Below, one piece after another: positions 36,836 to 46,017 of a stretch of DNA of 64,000 nucleotides; the first letter of the stretch is position 1, and every line of letters starts with the position of its first letter. The notes below the pieces were generated by a model. It was not told the DNA's origin and did no database searches. It saw nothing but the letters and a program-made list of their open reading frames with translations. The stretch spans positions 32,001-96,000 of IMG/VR virus record IMGVR_UViG_3300046694_000315; one strand, given 5' to 3'. The translations under genes were made by a program, and so were the position numbers. The DNA is from a virus.

Positions 36836-37203
36836 TGGTTTTCTCCGTTGTTCGTGCGGGGGTCGGTGATGCTGCGCTCGATGTGGTCGCGGACGATGGG
36901 GATCTCCCAGATCGCCCGGCGGGCGGTGTCGACCTTGGCGTTGCGCTTGTTCTCCAGGTGGACGAGGGTGCTGAACTGGCCCTGCCAGCGGCCGGTCATC
37001 CAGTCGGTCTTCTCGATCAGCGGGGTGACCTTGTCGACGAGGGCGAGGGCCTGCTCCTCGGTCTCTTTGAGGCGCCTGCGCTGCATGACCAGTTCGTCTA
37101 GGCGCTTGTCGAGTTCGGCCCGCGTGGTGACCAGGCCCCAGGCGGCGACCAGGACGACCGCGCTGTAGACAGTGACGACGAAGACGAGCACGTAGTTGTT
37201 CAT
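36832..37203 (-). CDS. Membrane-anchored coiled-coil protein
   Basis: N-terminal TM segment. Confidence 0.6.
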   Translation of the reverse strand: MNNYVLVFVVTVYSAVVLVAAWGLVTTRAELDKRLDELVMQRRRLKETEEQALALVDKVTPLIEKTDWMTGRWQGQFSTLVHLENKRNAKVDTARRAIWEIPIVRDHIERSITDPRTNNGENQ

Positions 37204-37361
37204 CGGTGCATCACGCACCGGGCGGGCACGTCCTTGACGGAAAAGGGCCCGAACCACGAGCACGGGGCCGAGGCGTGGAACCAGATGCTTCCCAGGACGA
37301 AGACGGCGAGGACGGTCCCTACGAGGATCCCGCTCAGGGCGTCGTCGGATCTCCTGCTCAC
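37200..37361 (-). CDS. Small membrane protein
   Basis: TM segment plus PCSW..VPARC. Confidence 0.55.
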   Translation of the reverse strand: MSRRSDDALSGILVGTVLAVFVLGSIWFHASAPCSWFGPFSVKDVPARCVMHR

Positions 37362-38062
37362 GGGCAGACCCTTCCGTTGTTGGTGTACGCGATGTAGGTG
37401 AGGGGGAAGTGCTCGGCGAACGCCTCCTCCATGTCCTGCGCGACCTTCTCGATCTCCTGCTGGGGGAAGGAGGGGAAGGTGGCGGAGGGGACGCGCGTCC
37501 GCAGGCTGAGGAAGTGCATCAGGCTGCGGGGGTTGCAGGTGGCGTAGAAGGAGGTGAACAGGCCGACCGGGAGGACGTCGCGGGCGATCTCCTTGGCGAC
37601 TCCGGCCTTGAGCATCCGCTGGTACGCGGACCATGCGGTGCGGTAGGCCTGCTCGTGCTCCCAGCGGGTGATGCCGTACTGCTCGTAGGTGCCGTCCACG
37701 AAGGTGTAGGCGCCGGGCTTGCCCTCCTGCACGAGCGGGCGCTTGCGGTCGGGGATGTAGAAGACCGGCGCCAACTCCCTGTATCTGCCTGAAGTTTCGT
37801 TGTAACTCCAACCAGCGCGGTGACGCATGAACTCGCGGGCCACGAAGATCGGGGCCTCGACGAGGAAGGACAGTTGTCCGTGCTCGAAGGGGCTGCCGTG
37901 CCGGTCCCGCATCAGGTAGTTGATCAGGCCGGAGGCCTCCCCCGACTCCGCCGCAGCAGAGCCGAGGGTGGACACGCGGGCCGCCTGGCAGATCTTCGCG
38001 TCGGACCCGGCCAGGTTGTCCAGGTCGAGCGTCGCGGTGATCTCGGAGCGCTGGGCGATCAC
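37358..38062 (-). CDS. thyX: FAD-dependent thymidylate synthase
   Basis: AARVS, HGSPFEH, RHR..SYNETSGRY, ARDVLP. Confidence 0.95.
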   Translation of the reverse strand: MIAQRSEITATLDLDNLAGSDAKICQAARVSTLGSAAAESGEASGLINYLMRDRHGSPFEHGQLSFLVEAPIFVAREFMRHRAGWSYNETSGRYRELAPVFYIPDRKRPLVQEGKPGAYTFVDGTYEQYGITRWEHEQAYRTAWSAYQRMLKAGVAKEIARDVLPVGLFTSFYATCNPRSLMHFLSLRTRVPSATFPSFPQQEIEKVAQDMEEAFAEHFPLTYIAYTNNGRVCP

Positions 38063-38742
38063 TTGGCGGACACCTTGCTCTTGGGCGCTTCGTCGTTCTT
38101 GATCGTGGCCTTGAAGAAGGCTCCGGCTGCGTCGTGCCATACGACGACACCCTCGGGGTCCTTGAAGCCGGGAGCGATGAAGGAGCCGTCCGACTCCAAG
38201 GTATGAAGCGCGATGTTCACGGCGTAGTTCAGGTCGTTGCCGTTGGCGACCAGGATGACCGGTACGACGGTGACCTCCGGCGGGGCGGGGACGGCCTTGG
38301 GGAAGGTCTCCAGGTACTTGTCGGTGACCTCGGCGTCGCGGATGTCGTACCAGCGGTTGACGTTGAAGAGGGCGAAGCGCCTGTCGTCGAGGCCGTAGCC
38401 GGACTGGATGCCCTTGCCGAACCACTCGCCGTAGTGCTTGCCCTCGCCGAGCGCGGTGAGTGCGTCGGCGTTGTCGTAGACCCACTTGGCGAAGCCGAAG
38501 TTGTCGGCTTCCAGGGTCAGCCAGCGGTTCCGGCTTCCGGCCCGGACGAGGTAGGTGTTGCCGTCGCTGCCTCCGGCGAGGATGCCGGTGGGGTCGGTGG
38601 CCTGGAACAGGTCGGGCTCGTCGACCTTGGTGACCTCGATCAGGCCGTTGGTGCCGTTGATCTTCTCAGTGAGCACGACCTTGCGGTGCAGTCGCGGGAT
38701 GGGCCGGAACTTCGGGTAGTCGCTGGACTTGAGGATGGTCAT
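38059..38742 (-). CDS. RNA ligase (Rnl2-like adenylation domain)
   Basis: TEKINGTN, GSRNRW, DNFGFA, YGEWFG, PEGVVV. Confidence 0.8.
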   Translation of the reverse strand: MTILKSSDYPKFRPIPRLHRKVVLTEKINGTNGLIEVTKVDEPDLFQATDPTGILAGGSDGNTYLVRAGSRNRWLTLEADNFGFAKWVYDNADALTALGEGKHYGEWFGKGIQSGYGLDDRRFALFNVNRWYDIRDAEVTDKYLETFPKAVPAPPEVTVVPVILVANGNDLNYAVNIALHTLESDGSFIAPGFKDPEGVVVWHDAAGAFFKATIKNDEAPKSKVSAK

Positions 38743-38749
38743 GTGGTGG

Positions 38750-39175
38750 TCAGTCCCCTTCGTGGGCCGTGTAGAGGTCGAGAGGTACTCCGAAGCGGGG
38801 GCCTTCCGGGGTGTCGATCTCCCGTCCGGCGCTTACCGCTTCCTTCTTACGGATACGAAACACTACTTCCCGACGGTTGTCAACGTACTCGATCCAATCG
38901 ATTGACGAGCGGATCATCGGGAGTTCCACGTCCAGGTCGTACAGCACGTAGCCCTCCCACAGGACGGACGAGTCGGTGATGCCGACGTGCTGGTACAGCC
39001 GCAGCAGCCAGTCCTGCTGACCGACCTTGTAGACGTGCCCGCCGTAGCGGAGGTGGACCGGGTCGCGGTGGCTGGACAGGCAGGTACGCGGCGCTCCCGT
39101 ACGGAACTGGGGGCGCCACGTCCACGGCGGCCGGGGCTGCTCGATCCGGCTGATGGTCCTCTGCACGCGCCTCAT
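38750..39175 (-). CDS. Hypothetical protein
   Basis: Coupled ORF. Confidence 0.55.
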   Translation of the reverse strand: MRRVQRTISRIEQPRPPWTWRPQFRTGAPRTCLSSHRDPVHLRYGGHVYKVGQQDWLLRLYQHVGITDSSVLWEGYVLYDLDVELPMIRSSIDWIEYVDNRREVVFRIRKKEAVSAGREIDTPEGPRFGVPLDLYTAHEGD

Positions 39176-39681
39176 GCGTTCATCCGCCCGGCGCGGTTCT
39201 CCCGGTCGCCACGGCCGACCCGGCGGGTCAGTTCACGGCTCAGGAGGGTGTTCTTGCGGTCGGCGCTGTCGTAGACGGCCTGGAGCATCTTCCGGTACGC
39301 GTAGGCGGCCGTCTTGGCGTCCTGGGCGGCCACGTACTCCGGGTCCTCGTAGGCCATGGCCTTGGCGGCCGTCACTGTCTTCTGGTTGGAGTTGCGGACG
39401 GCGGATAGGGCCTTATGTGCTTCGAGTGTGTCGACGGACGACTTTTCGTCCACCTCCGCCGCTGCCAGCCGTGCTCCCGTGTACTCCACCCACGCGGTCG
39501 TCCTGGTGAACAGGCTCATCAGTTCGCTGTCGCTTAGTGCGGTGGGATCCTCCGGCAGTTCGGGCGCGTCGCCGTCCGGCTTCGGGGGCAGGTACAGGTC
39601 CTCGCGCTCCAGTTTCCTGGTCGCCTTCTGGCTGGGCGACTGCACCGCTTCCCAGCCCTTCCTCGCTACCGCTCGTGTCAT
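39172..39681 (-). CDS. Hypothetical coiled-coil protein (possibly a recombination mediator)
   Basis: Codon bias; GGGAG RBS; LLSRELTRR. Confidence 0.65.
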   Translation of the reverse strand: MTRAVARKGWEAVQSPSQKATRKLEREDLYLPPKPDGDAPELPEDPTALSDSELMSLFTRTTAWVEYTGARLAAAEVDEKSSVDTLEAHKALSAVRNSNQKTVTAAKAMAYEDPEYVAAQDAKTAAYAYRKMLQAVYDSADRKNTLLSRELTRRVGRGDRENRAGRMNA

Positions 39682-40630
39682 CGGTGGTGGTCTCCCAGCA
39701 GGTGTTGAAGAACGGACAGTCCTTGCAGACCTTGGTGTCCTGGCCGGTGAACTCCGGCCGTGGTGGTGGCTTGCCCTTCTTCAGGGCGTATTTGATGTCC
39801 AGGGCCGTCTCGAACAGAGGCTCTGCGATCTCCGGGTTGTACTTGACGACGAATTCCTTGTGGGCCTGCGTCGCCTTGTACTCGTAGAGGAAGATCACCT
39901 TGTCGAACGGCAGGCCCATCTCCTTGCACAGCCGGAGATAGATCTGCGTCTGGCGTATGTGGCTGCCGAAGGGGCGCCGGAGCGCCTTCCACAGGCCGTC
40001 CGTGTCGATGACGGTCTTGCCGTCCTCGGTCTTCACGGTGAACTGCCGCAGCAGCTCGGGATTGTCGAACCGGACGGTGCCGTTACCGATGGACTTGACC
40101 TCCACGAGGGCGTTCAGGTCCTCGATGGCCCCGTCCTCGTGCCCGGCGATCAGGAACTCGCTCTCCGCCTGAAGCGGCACCTCGCGGTACTCCAGGAAGA
40201 CCGGGAGGGTCGCGAGGTCGGTGCGGTCGCGGCAGGACGGGCAGGCGATGCGTCCGGCGGTGCCCATCTCCCAGTAGTCGCAGACGGGGCACTTCCACTT
40301 CCCCCACAGGCGGCCCATCTGCTGGAGCCACGTCTGCCACTTCGCGTGGATGGCGTGGCCCTCCATGAAGACCGTCTCCAGTTGCGCGGAGAAGTTCCGG
40401 CTCTTCTCGGGGGAAGCCCCCGCCAGCCTGTAATAGGTCTGACGGGGGCACCAGTCGCTCTTCGCCATCTCGGAGGGGTGGATGATGTCCTGCCGCCGGT
40501 CGGTCGGCTTGTCGTGCTCCTCCAGGAGGTGCTTGTGGATGTCGCCGAGGAGGACGGAATTACTCTTCTTCGTCTCCGCCAGCGACGCGATCCGGCCAGA
40601 TGGCTTCAAGGGTTTCCTTGCTCGGGGCAC
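39413..40630 (-). CDS. Cas4-like PD-(D/E)XK exonuclease
   Basis: HPSE..WCPR; GHAIH; GHEDG..EVKS; QIY; CKDCPFFNTC. Confidence 0.85.
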   Translation of the reverse strand: MPRARKPLKPSGRIASLAETKKSNSVLLGDIHKHLLEEHDKPTDRRQDIIHPSEMAKSDWCPRQTYYRLAGASPEKSRNFSAQLETVFMEGHAIHAKWQTWLQQMGRLWGKWKCPVCDYWEMGTAGRIACPSCRDRTDLATLPVFLEYREVPLQAESEFLIAGHEDGAIEDLNALVEVKSIGNGTVRFDNPELLRQFTVKTEDGKTVIDTDGLWKALRRPFGSHIRQTQIYLRLCKEMGLPFDKVIFLYEYKATQAHKEFVVKYNPEIAEPLFETALDIKYALKKGKPPPRPEFTGQDTKVCKDCPFFNTCWETTTDDTSGSEEGLGSGAVAQPEGDQETGARGPVPAPEAGRRRARTAGGSHRTKRQRTDEPVHQDDRVGGVHGSTAGSGGGGRKVVRRHTRST

Positions 40631-40940
40631 GGTCGAAACTCCACTCGTTCTTGGGCACGAACCTCCTGATGTAGGCCCGCTCCAGGACGGTGAGGCCGCC
40701 CCAGATTCCGTAGTGCTCGTTGTTGACGAGCGCGAATTCCAGACACTGTTCCCGGAGGGGGCAGACCCTTTCGGTATAGGTGCCGTTGCAGATGTGCTTG
40801 GCCTGGGTCTCGCTCCCGTTACCGTCCCCGAAGAAGTCGTCGTGCTCCCGCGTCGGCCGGAACTTGCGGCACGAGGCTTCCTTTTCAGGATTACCCCCAC
40901 CATCCCACTCAGGGGCATTCAGTCGGAGGTGCATTACCAC
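40560..40940 (-). CDS. whiB: WhiB-family transcription factor
   Basis: C..FF..AKHIC..CPLREQCLEFAL..GIWGG. Confidence 0.9.
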   Translation of the reverse strand: MVMHLRLNAPEWDGGGNPEKEASCRKFRPTREHDDFFGDGNGSETQAKHICNGTYTERVCPLREQCLEFALVNNEHYGIWGGLTVLERAYIRRFVPKNEWSFDRAPSKETLEAIWPDRVAGGDEEE

Positions 40941-41278
40941 GGCAGTATCTCCTCGGCGTCCATTTCCGGATGCGCCAAGGTATGAAGCGCCAGGAAAGTC
41001 TCTTCGGACATCGTGATCCAGTTTCTTCCACCGGACATCTGAGTCCCGAAGAGCATTTCCCTGCCGTCGACCAGGGCTTGCTTCTCTGCGGTGATCAGTT
41101 CCTTTTCCTTGAGCGAGTACGATCCCTTACTGGTGACCTTGTACTCGATCGAATAATCCGGGGTGCGGACGTCGTTCTTTCGCACCCAGCCGTTGCCGCT
41201 ACCTGCGTTCACCGTCCCGCCGAGGAGTTGCGCTCCCCGCCGCTCCTGCCTCTGGCTCTTCTTCAACATGTCCGCCAT
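40934..41278 (-). CDS. Putative Holliday junction resolvase (PD-(D/E)XK)
   Basis: QE..A..LGG..GSG..KNDV..IEYK. Confidence 0.65.
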   Translation of the reverse strand: MADMLKKSQRQERRGAQLLGGTVNAGSGNGWVRKNDVRTPDYSIEYKVTSKGSYSLKEKELITAEKQALVDGREMLFGTQMSGGRNWITMSEETFLALHTLAHPEMDAEEILPW

Positions 41279-41411
41279 AAGAGGCCTCCAGGAGTGTGGC
41301 GAGAAGCGTGAACTTCTCGTGGGACCGGTCCTGGCGCCGGGAGTACCGGACGCCGAGGACCAGGATGTAAACGGCTGCTACGACCAGCAGCGAGGAGAGC
41401 ACGGCCACCAT
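41199..41411 (-). CDS. Small membrane protein
   Basis: N-terminal TM segment; coupled to recA stop. Confidence 0.45.
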   Translation of the reverse strand: MVAVLSSLLVVAAVYILVLGVRYSRRQDRSHEKFTLLATLLEASYGGHVEEEPEAGAAGSATPRRDGERR

Positions 41412-42595
41412 CAGGCGGCCTGGGTATGAAGCCCGTCGGCCTCTTCCGGCTTCGGCCGTCGGCTGACCTTCTTGGTCCCGGAATTCTCGGCGGCCTCCAG
41501 GTCCTCCTCGGAAATGGAGCGCTCGTCGGCGTGGAGAGAAGCGGCGAGCACCTTCTCGTACAGGAATTCCTGGAGGTCCAGGTCCTCGCGAATGGCGGCG
41601 AGGGTGTTTTCCTTGCTGTGCCAGCGAAGGACGGGCTTTCCCTTGTCGTCGTATTCGCCGTTGTCGATCTCGTAGTAAGCGCCCTTGCGCTTGATGACGT
41701 CGAAGAGGATCCCCATGATCATGATTTCCTTCGTGGTGTCGAAGTCACCACGGACGAAATTCAGGTACGGGGCGGAACGGAAGTAGGCGTCGATCGTGGC
41801 GATCTGCTGGGGGGCCGCCGACTTGTTCTTGATGGTCTTTACCTTGATGACCTGGCCGACGTTGACCTTGCCCTTTCCGGGCCGGGCTTCCTGAATCCAT
41901 TCGTCGCGCCGGACTTCCACCCGGGTGTAGAACGCGTAGTTCTTGGCGTTTCCGCCGGGGGTCGTGGTCGGCGTGCCGTGCGGGGAGAACTTGCCGATGG
42001 CGTCGCGGTACTGGTTGATGACGATGCCGAGCAGCGGGCGGTCGTCGGGGTCGGTCATGCTGCGCTTCGTCGCCGCGCCGGACTTGCGGAAGAACTTGCC
42101 GGTGAGGCGTGCGCCGAGGGCCATGGTGGCCTCGTCCATGTCCTTCTCGGACTCCTCGTCCGGGATGAGCGCCGGGTAGGAGTCGAGGACGATCATGTCG
42201 ACGGAGCGGGACGTCGCGAAGTCGAGCATGGTCTGGTAGGCGAACTCCATGGCCTGGGTGGGGACGACGATCACGCGGTCGTTGTCGACGCCGAGGGCCT
42301 CGGCCTGGTCGGTGTCGTAGTGCTCGGCGGCGATCCACAGGCAGGTGAAGTTGGGGTCCTTCTTCTGGTTGGCGGCCAGCGTCTTGTAGACGATGAAGGT
42401 CTTGCCGTGGGACTCGCGGCCGATGACCTCGACCCACTGGTTGCCCGGCCAGCCTCCGCCGAGGGCGATGTCCAGGGAGAGGGAGCCGGAGGTGAAGCGC
42501 TTGGCGACGCGCATCTCGGAGGCGAAGCAGACGGCGCCCGGGTGGGTCTTGTTGATCTTTGCGAGGAGGGCGAGGGCTTCCTTGTTCACGCTCAA
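41411..42595 (-). CDS. recA: RecA-like recombinase
   Basis: SGSLSLDIALGGG, GRESHGKT, IVLDS, INQYR, TPGG.A. Confidence 0.93.
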   Translation of the reverse strand: MSVNKEALALLAKINKTHPGAVCFASEMRVAKRFTSGSLSLDIALGGGWPGNQWVEVIGRESHGKTFIVYKTLAANQKKDPNFTCLWIAAEHYDTDQAEALGVDNDRVIVVPTQAMEFAYQTMLDFATSRSVDMIVLDSYPALIPDEESEKDMDEATMALGARLTGKFFRKSGAATKRSMTDPDDRPLLGIVINQYRDAIGKFSPHGTPTTTPGGNAKNYAFYTRVEVRRDEWIQEARPGKGKVNVGQVIKVKTIKNKSAAPQQIATIDAYFRSAPYLNFVRGDFDTTKEIMIMGILFDVIKRKGAYYEIDNGEYDDKGKPVLRWHSKENTLAAIREDLDLQEFLYEKVLAASLHADERSISEEDLEAAENSGTKKVSRRPKPEEADGLHTQAA

Positions 42596-42668
42596 CAGGG
42601 GCCCCCGTAGGTATGAAGTCGCATGTGGTGTTACTCCTGATCCGATAACCGCGAAGCGGTAACGAAGA

Positions 42669-42709
42669 ACCGGTAGTTCCAATACCATATCGGTGAAGGA
42701 ACTACCGGT
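42669..42709. terminator. Hairpin between nuclease and recA
   Basis: ACCGGTAGTTCC...GGAACTACCGGT. Confidence 0.55.
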
Positions 42710-42742
42710 CCACTCATGTATCAACTAGTCAGACGAAGATCT

Positions 42743-43126
42743 TCAGGGAATTTGCCGAGGCCACGGCGGCAGAGGCTTCGGCCCGTTGCCGTCCCACGGA
42801 GCCAGCCACTGCTGCTCGATGAGGTGGGAGACCGCGTCCCGACCGTCCCGCAGGGTGATGGTCGCGAGGTACCGGCCGCCGAACTTGTCCGGGTCGACGT
42901 CACGGCCCACCTTGTGCGAGCGGACAACCACCTGACTGCCCACCGGCAGGAGAGCGGACAGGTTCGCCCGCGCCTCCTTGCCTCCCGGCTCCTTCAACTC
43001 CCGGGCGTTGCCGCCGTGCAGCCGTATGTGGAAGTCGTGCTTCCAGGTATCGACGCCGAGGTCCAGGTTCACCGTCACCGTGTCGCCGTCGTGCACGTCG
43101 GTGACGACCGCGTTGTACTCGTACAT
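42743..43126 (-). CDS. Thermonuclease (SNase-like)
   Basis: VHDGDT, IRL.G.NARE, DKFGGRYLA. Confidence 0.85.
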   Translation of the reverse strand: MYEYNAVVTDVHDGDTVTVNLDLGVDTWKHDFHIRLHGGNARELKEPGGKEARANLSALLPVGSQVVVRSHKVGRDVDPDKFGGRYLATITLRDGRDAVSHLIEQQWLAPWDGNGPKPLPPWPRQIP

Positions 43127-45090
43127 CAGTTACTCACCAGGTCGACGACCTCACAGCCACCGGCCGCCGAGCACGCCAGTTCCTGGGAGCCCACGGTCTG
43201 GTCGTAGGTCTCGTAGAAGGCCAGGTCCGACCACTCGACGCGGTACTCCTGGGCGGCCAGCGCCTCGTACTCCTCCTGCGTGATCTCCTCGTACGGAGCC
43301 TGCACGTAGGTGTGGTCGCTGAAGGGGAGGAAGGAGACGCCGGAGATCTCGTCCAGGTGCTTCCAGACCCACTCGCCGACCTCGTCCCACTCATGCTCGC
43401 GCACCGAGATCGTCACCGACGGCTTGTGCTCGCACCAGTACCGCTGGTACGCCAGCCAGATCTCCAGGTGCTCGATCGCCGAGACGTCCTCACGCACCAG
43501 AGCGTCTTCCCCGGCCCGCTGGACGAAGGTGAACACCCACGCGGCGCTGTTGTAGGCGTCCTCCTCGTGCGGGATCCCGGCGTCGATCAGGACGAACGCG
43601 ATGGGGTCCTTCTTGTCCACCCGCACGCGCCGCTTGTAGAAGCGGGCGTGCTTGGTATGAAGCCCGCTCTCACAGTCGACCAACTGCGAGACGGTGCCGG
43701 AGGGCTTCACACAGGTGATCGCGTCCGAGGACGGGATGCCGATGCGCCGGGCCTCCTTCTCGTTGGCGATGCGGGCCGTCAGGCGCAGGTCGGTCAGCGC
43801 GAGCGCGGTGAGCCCATCGCCCTTGCTGCCGTTGGTGAACTGGTTGCCGAAGACGCCGGTGAGGGAGACGCCCAGCAGCCGCTCCTCCTCTGCGTTCTTG
43901 CGCCACTCATCGCGCAGGTACGGGTAGTCCGTGAGCGTGCTCTGCCAGGTGCCCAGGATGGCCGCGAGAGCGACCTTGCGCTCCAGGTCCTCCACGGTGT
44001 CCTGCGGCCGTACGACGACCTCGGAGAGGTTGCAGAAGGAGAATGGCCGGAGAATGATCTCCGAGCACGGGTTGGTCCCGTAGTCGGTGTCGGCCGAGCG
44101 GTGCCCGTACTTCGCGGCCTGCCGCTGGGCTGCACCACGGTGGAAGATGCCGCGCTCGCCGGAGCCGGACGCCACCAGCGACGCCCACTCCTTGTTGAAG
44201 TCCTCGTAGCGCAGGCCGTCGTCGTAGACGGCGGAGTTGTTGGCGAGGGCGCGGTAGCCGTGGTCCTTCCACCACTCGCCCGACTTGGCCTGCGCCATCT
44301 CCTGGTCGTCCAGGTCGGACAGGGAGATCATCGCGGACCGGCGGACGCCGCCGACCACCACGACGGAGGCTATCTTGCAGGCGATGTCGTGGACCTCGAT
44401 CGGGCGGAACTGTCGGCCCTTGGCGCCCTCGAACATGTCGACGGTGAACTGGAAGAGGTCCTCCAGCGGACCCGGGCCGGAGGCTCGCCCTCCGAAGGTA
44501 TGAAGTCGGGCCCCGGCCGGGCGCACCTTGGACAGGTCCCAGGCGACGCGCTTGCCGCTCCAGAGGTTGGTCAGCAGCGCCCGGAAGGCCAGCGCCCAGC
44601 CCTCCTTGGAGTCCTCGACGGGGATGTACTCGCGCTCCTCGAACTCGATGACGTCGGGGACGGCGGGCAGTTGGTCGGTGTAGCGGCGCTCGACGGAGTA
44701 ACCCACGCCCGTGCCGTTCATGAGGATGTAGAGGAGTTCGTCCAGGGCGCGCGGGTCCTGGAGCGGGAGGTAGGAACAGTTGAAGCCCGCGATGTTCGAG
44801 CGGTCCAGGGCGGCACCGGCCGTCATCACCGCGCGCATGGACGGCATGACCTCGTGGTCGAGGACGGCCTGGCGGACGGCTTCGACGACCCCCTGCTCGG
44901 GGGTGTAGTCGTGCTTGTTCTTCAACTGTCCGAGCATGAAGCCGAAGTAGCGGTCGACGGTCTCGGTCCAGGTCTCGCGGCGGTTGCGCTCCTCGTCCCA
45001 GCGGGCGTACCGGGACTTGGCGATGAAGGAGCGGTAGGGGTCGGCGATGTCGCCGGTCGGAGTGAGCAGGGAGGTCACCAGGAAGTCCAT
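43126..45090 (-). CDS. nrdJ: Class II (B12-dependent) ribonucleotide reductase
   Basis: MPSMR, FNC, GTGVG, GGVRRSA, TNPCSE, TCVKPSGT, EHKPS, C-terminal CxxxxC. Confidence 0.93.
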   Translation of the reverse strand: MDFLVTSLLTPTGDIADPYRSFIAKSRYARWDEERNRRETWTETVDRYFGFMLGQLKNKHDYTPEQGVVEAVRQAVLDHEVMPSMRAVMTAGAALDRSNIAGFNCSYLPLQDPRALDELLYILMNGTGVGYSVERRYTDQLPAVPDVIEFEEREYIPVEDSKEGWALAFRALLTNLWSGKRVAWDLSKVRPAGARLHTFGGRASGPGPLEDLFQFTVDMFEGAKGRQFRPIEVHDIACKIASVVVVGGVRRSAMISLSDLDDQEMAQAKSGEWWKDHGYRALANNSAVYDDGLRYEDFNKEWASLVASGSGERGIFHRGAAQRQAAKYGHRSADTDYGTNPCSEIILRPFSFCNLSEVVVRPQDTVEDLERKVALAAILGTWQSTLTDYPYLRDEWRKNAEEERLLGVSLTGVFGNQFTNGSKGDGLTALALTDLRLTARIANEKEARRIGIPSSDAITCVKPSGTVSQLVDCESGLHTKHARFYKRRVRVDKKDPIAFVLIDAGIPHEEDAYNSAAWVFTFVQRAGEDALVREDVSAIEHLEIWLAYQRYWCEHKPSVTISVREHEWDEVGEWVWKHLDEISGVSFLPFSDHTYVQAPYEEITQEEYEALAAQEYRVEWSDLAFYETYDQTVGSQELACSAAGGCEVVDLVSN

Positions 45091-45110
45091 TCAGTAGGTA
45101 AGGGGGGCGC

Positions 45111-45572
45111 TCAGACGGATCCGTCAGCCCGGATGAACGCGCCAGGGTTGTAGTTGCTCTGTCCGCCTCGGCCGCCAGCGGCGGTCTGCTTGGCGGGGGT
45201 GGCCGGGCCGTCTCCGGTGCTGCCGGACGGAAGGCCTGCGGTGCTCTGGGTGAAGCGCGGGTTGTAGCCGCACGTGTAGCACTGGGCCATGGCGTTGGGC
45301 TGGCCGATGGGCTTGAAGTACTCGCCGCCCTGGCAGTCGGGGCAGCGGGTGTCCTGCTTGGTGACCATCGCTCGGGCCGGAGCCTTGCCCTGGGGCTGCT
45401 CTGGCACTGTCTGCGGGGCTTGTGCCGGGGTGGGGTAGGGCTGCTGTCCAGAGGCCCACCAGGGGGCGCCAGACGGCTGCTGTGGTTGCTGCTGCGGCAC
45501 CGGGGCCGGGGCCGGGGCCGGGGCGGCCGGTCGAGCAGCCGCCCCCAACTTGTTAGCCCAGAAGTTGCTCAC
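45111..45572 (-). CDS. Zn-ribbon protein with Pro/Gln-rich N-terminus
   Basis: CPDC..CYTCGY. Confidence 0.7.
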   Translation of the reverse strand: MSNFWANKLGAAARPAAPAPAPAPVPQQQPQQPSGAPWWASGQQPYPTPAQAPQTVPEQPQGKAPARAMVTKQDTRCPDCQGGEYFKPIGQPNAMAQCYTCGYNPRFTQSTAGLPSGSTGDGPATPAKQTAAGGRGGQSNYNPGAFIRADGSV

Positions 45573-46017
45573 CGAACTGCACTCCTTCTGCGTACGTGAT
45601 GATTCCCATGTCGAAGAGGTTGGCGAGAATTGCCACCACCCCGGCGCGCAGAACAGAGGAGTGATGCCGCTGGAGAGCGACGGCCGTTTCCTCGTCCGCT
45701 GAAATACCGGAGTTAACCAGCATAGCCGAGGCAGTAATGCCGGAAACCAATGGGACGAGGAGGTCCAGCATTTCCTTGACCGGCCGGACCTCGTTGAGCC
45801 TTTCGTGACTGGCCCGGTGCTCCATTTCGGAGACGTCGGGACTGTCCGGGGTCAGTTTCATGAGGGGGATCATGCCCGGGACGTCGGGGCACGGGACGAT
45901 GTCCCAGAGCAGACGCTTGACGAGCATCTGCGGGGTGAAGATGTCGACCTGGGGCTCCTCCTCCTCCCCGAATTCACCCTCGTCGTCCTTGCCCTTGTTT
46001 CGGTTGAAGAATCCCAT
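45553..46017 (-). CDS. Hypothetical protein
   Basis: Coupled to polymerase stop. Confidence 0.65.
   Translation of the reverse strand: MGFFNRNKGKDDEGEFGEEEEPQVDIFTPQMLVKRLLWDIVPCPDVPGMIPLMKLTPDSPDVSEMEHRASHERLNEVRPVKEMLDLLVPLVSGITASAMLVNSGISADEETAVALQRHHSSVLRAGVVAILANLFDMGIITYAEGVQFGEQLLG

Noticed and set aside
39413-40630. Cas4-like gene as evidence of CRISPR-Cas
   Set aside because: No array or other cas genes are present, and solo Cas4-like nucleases are common in phage recombination modules.
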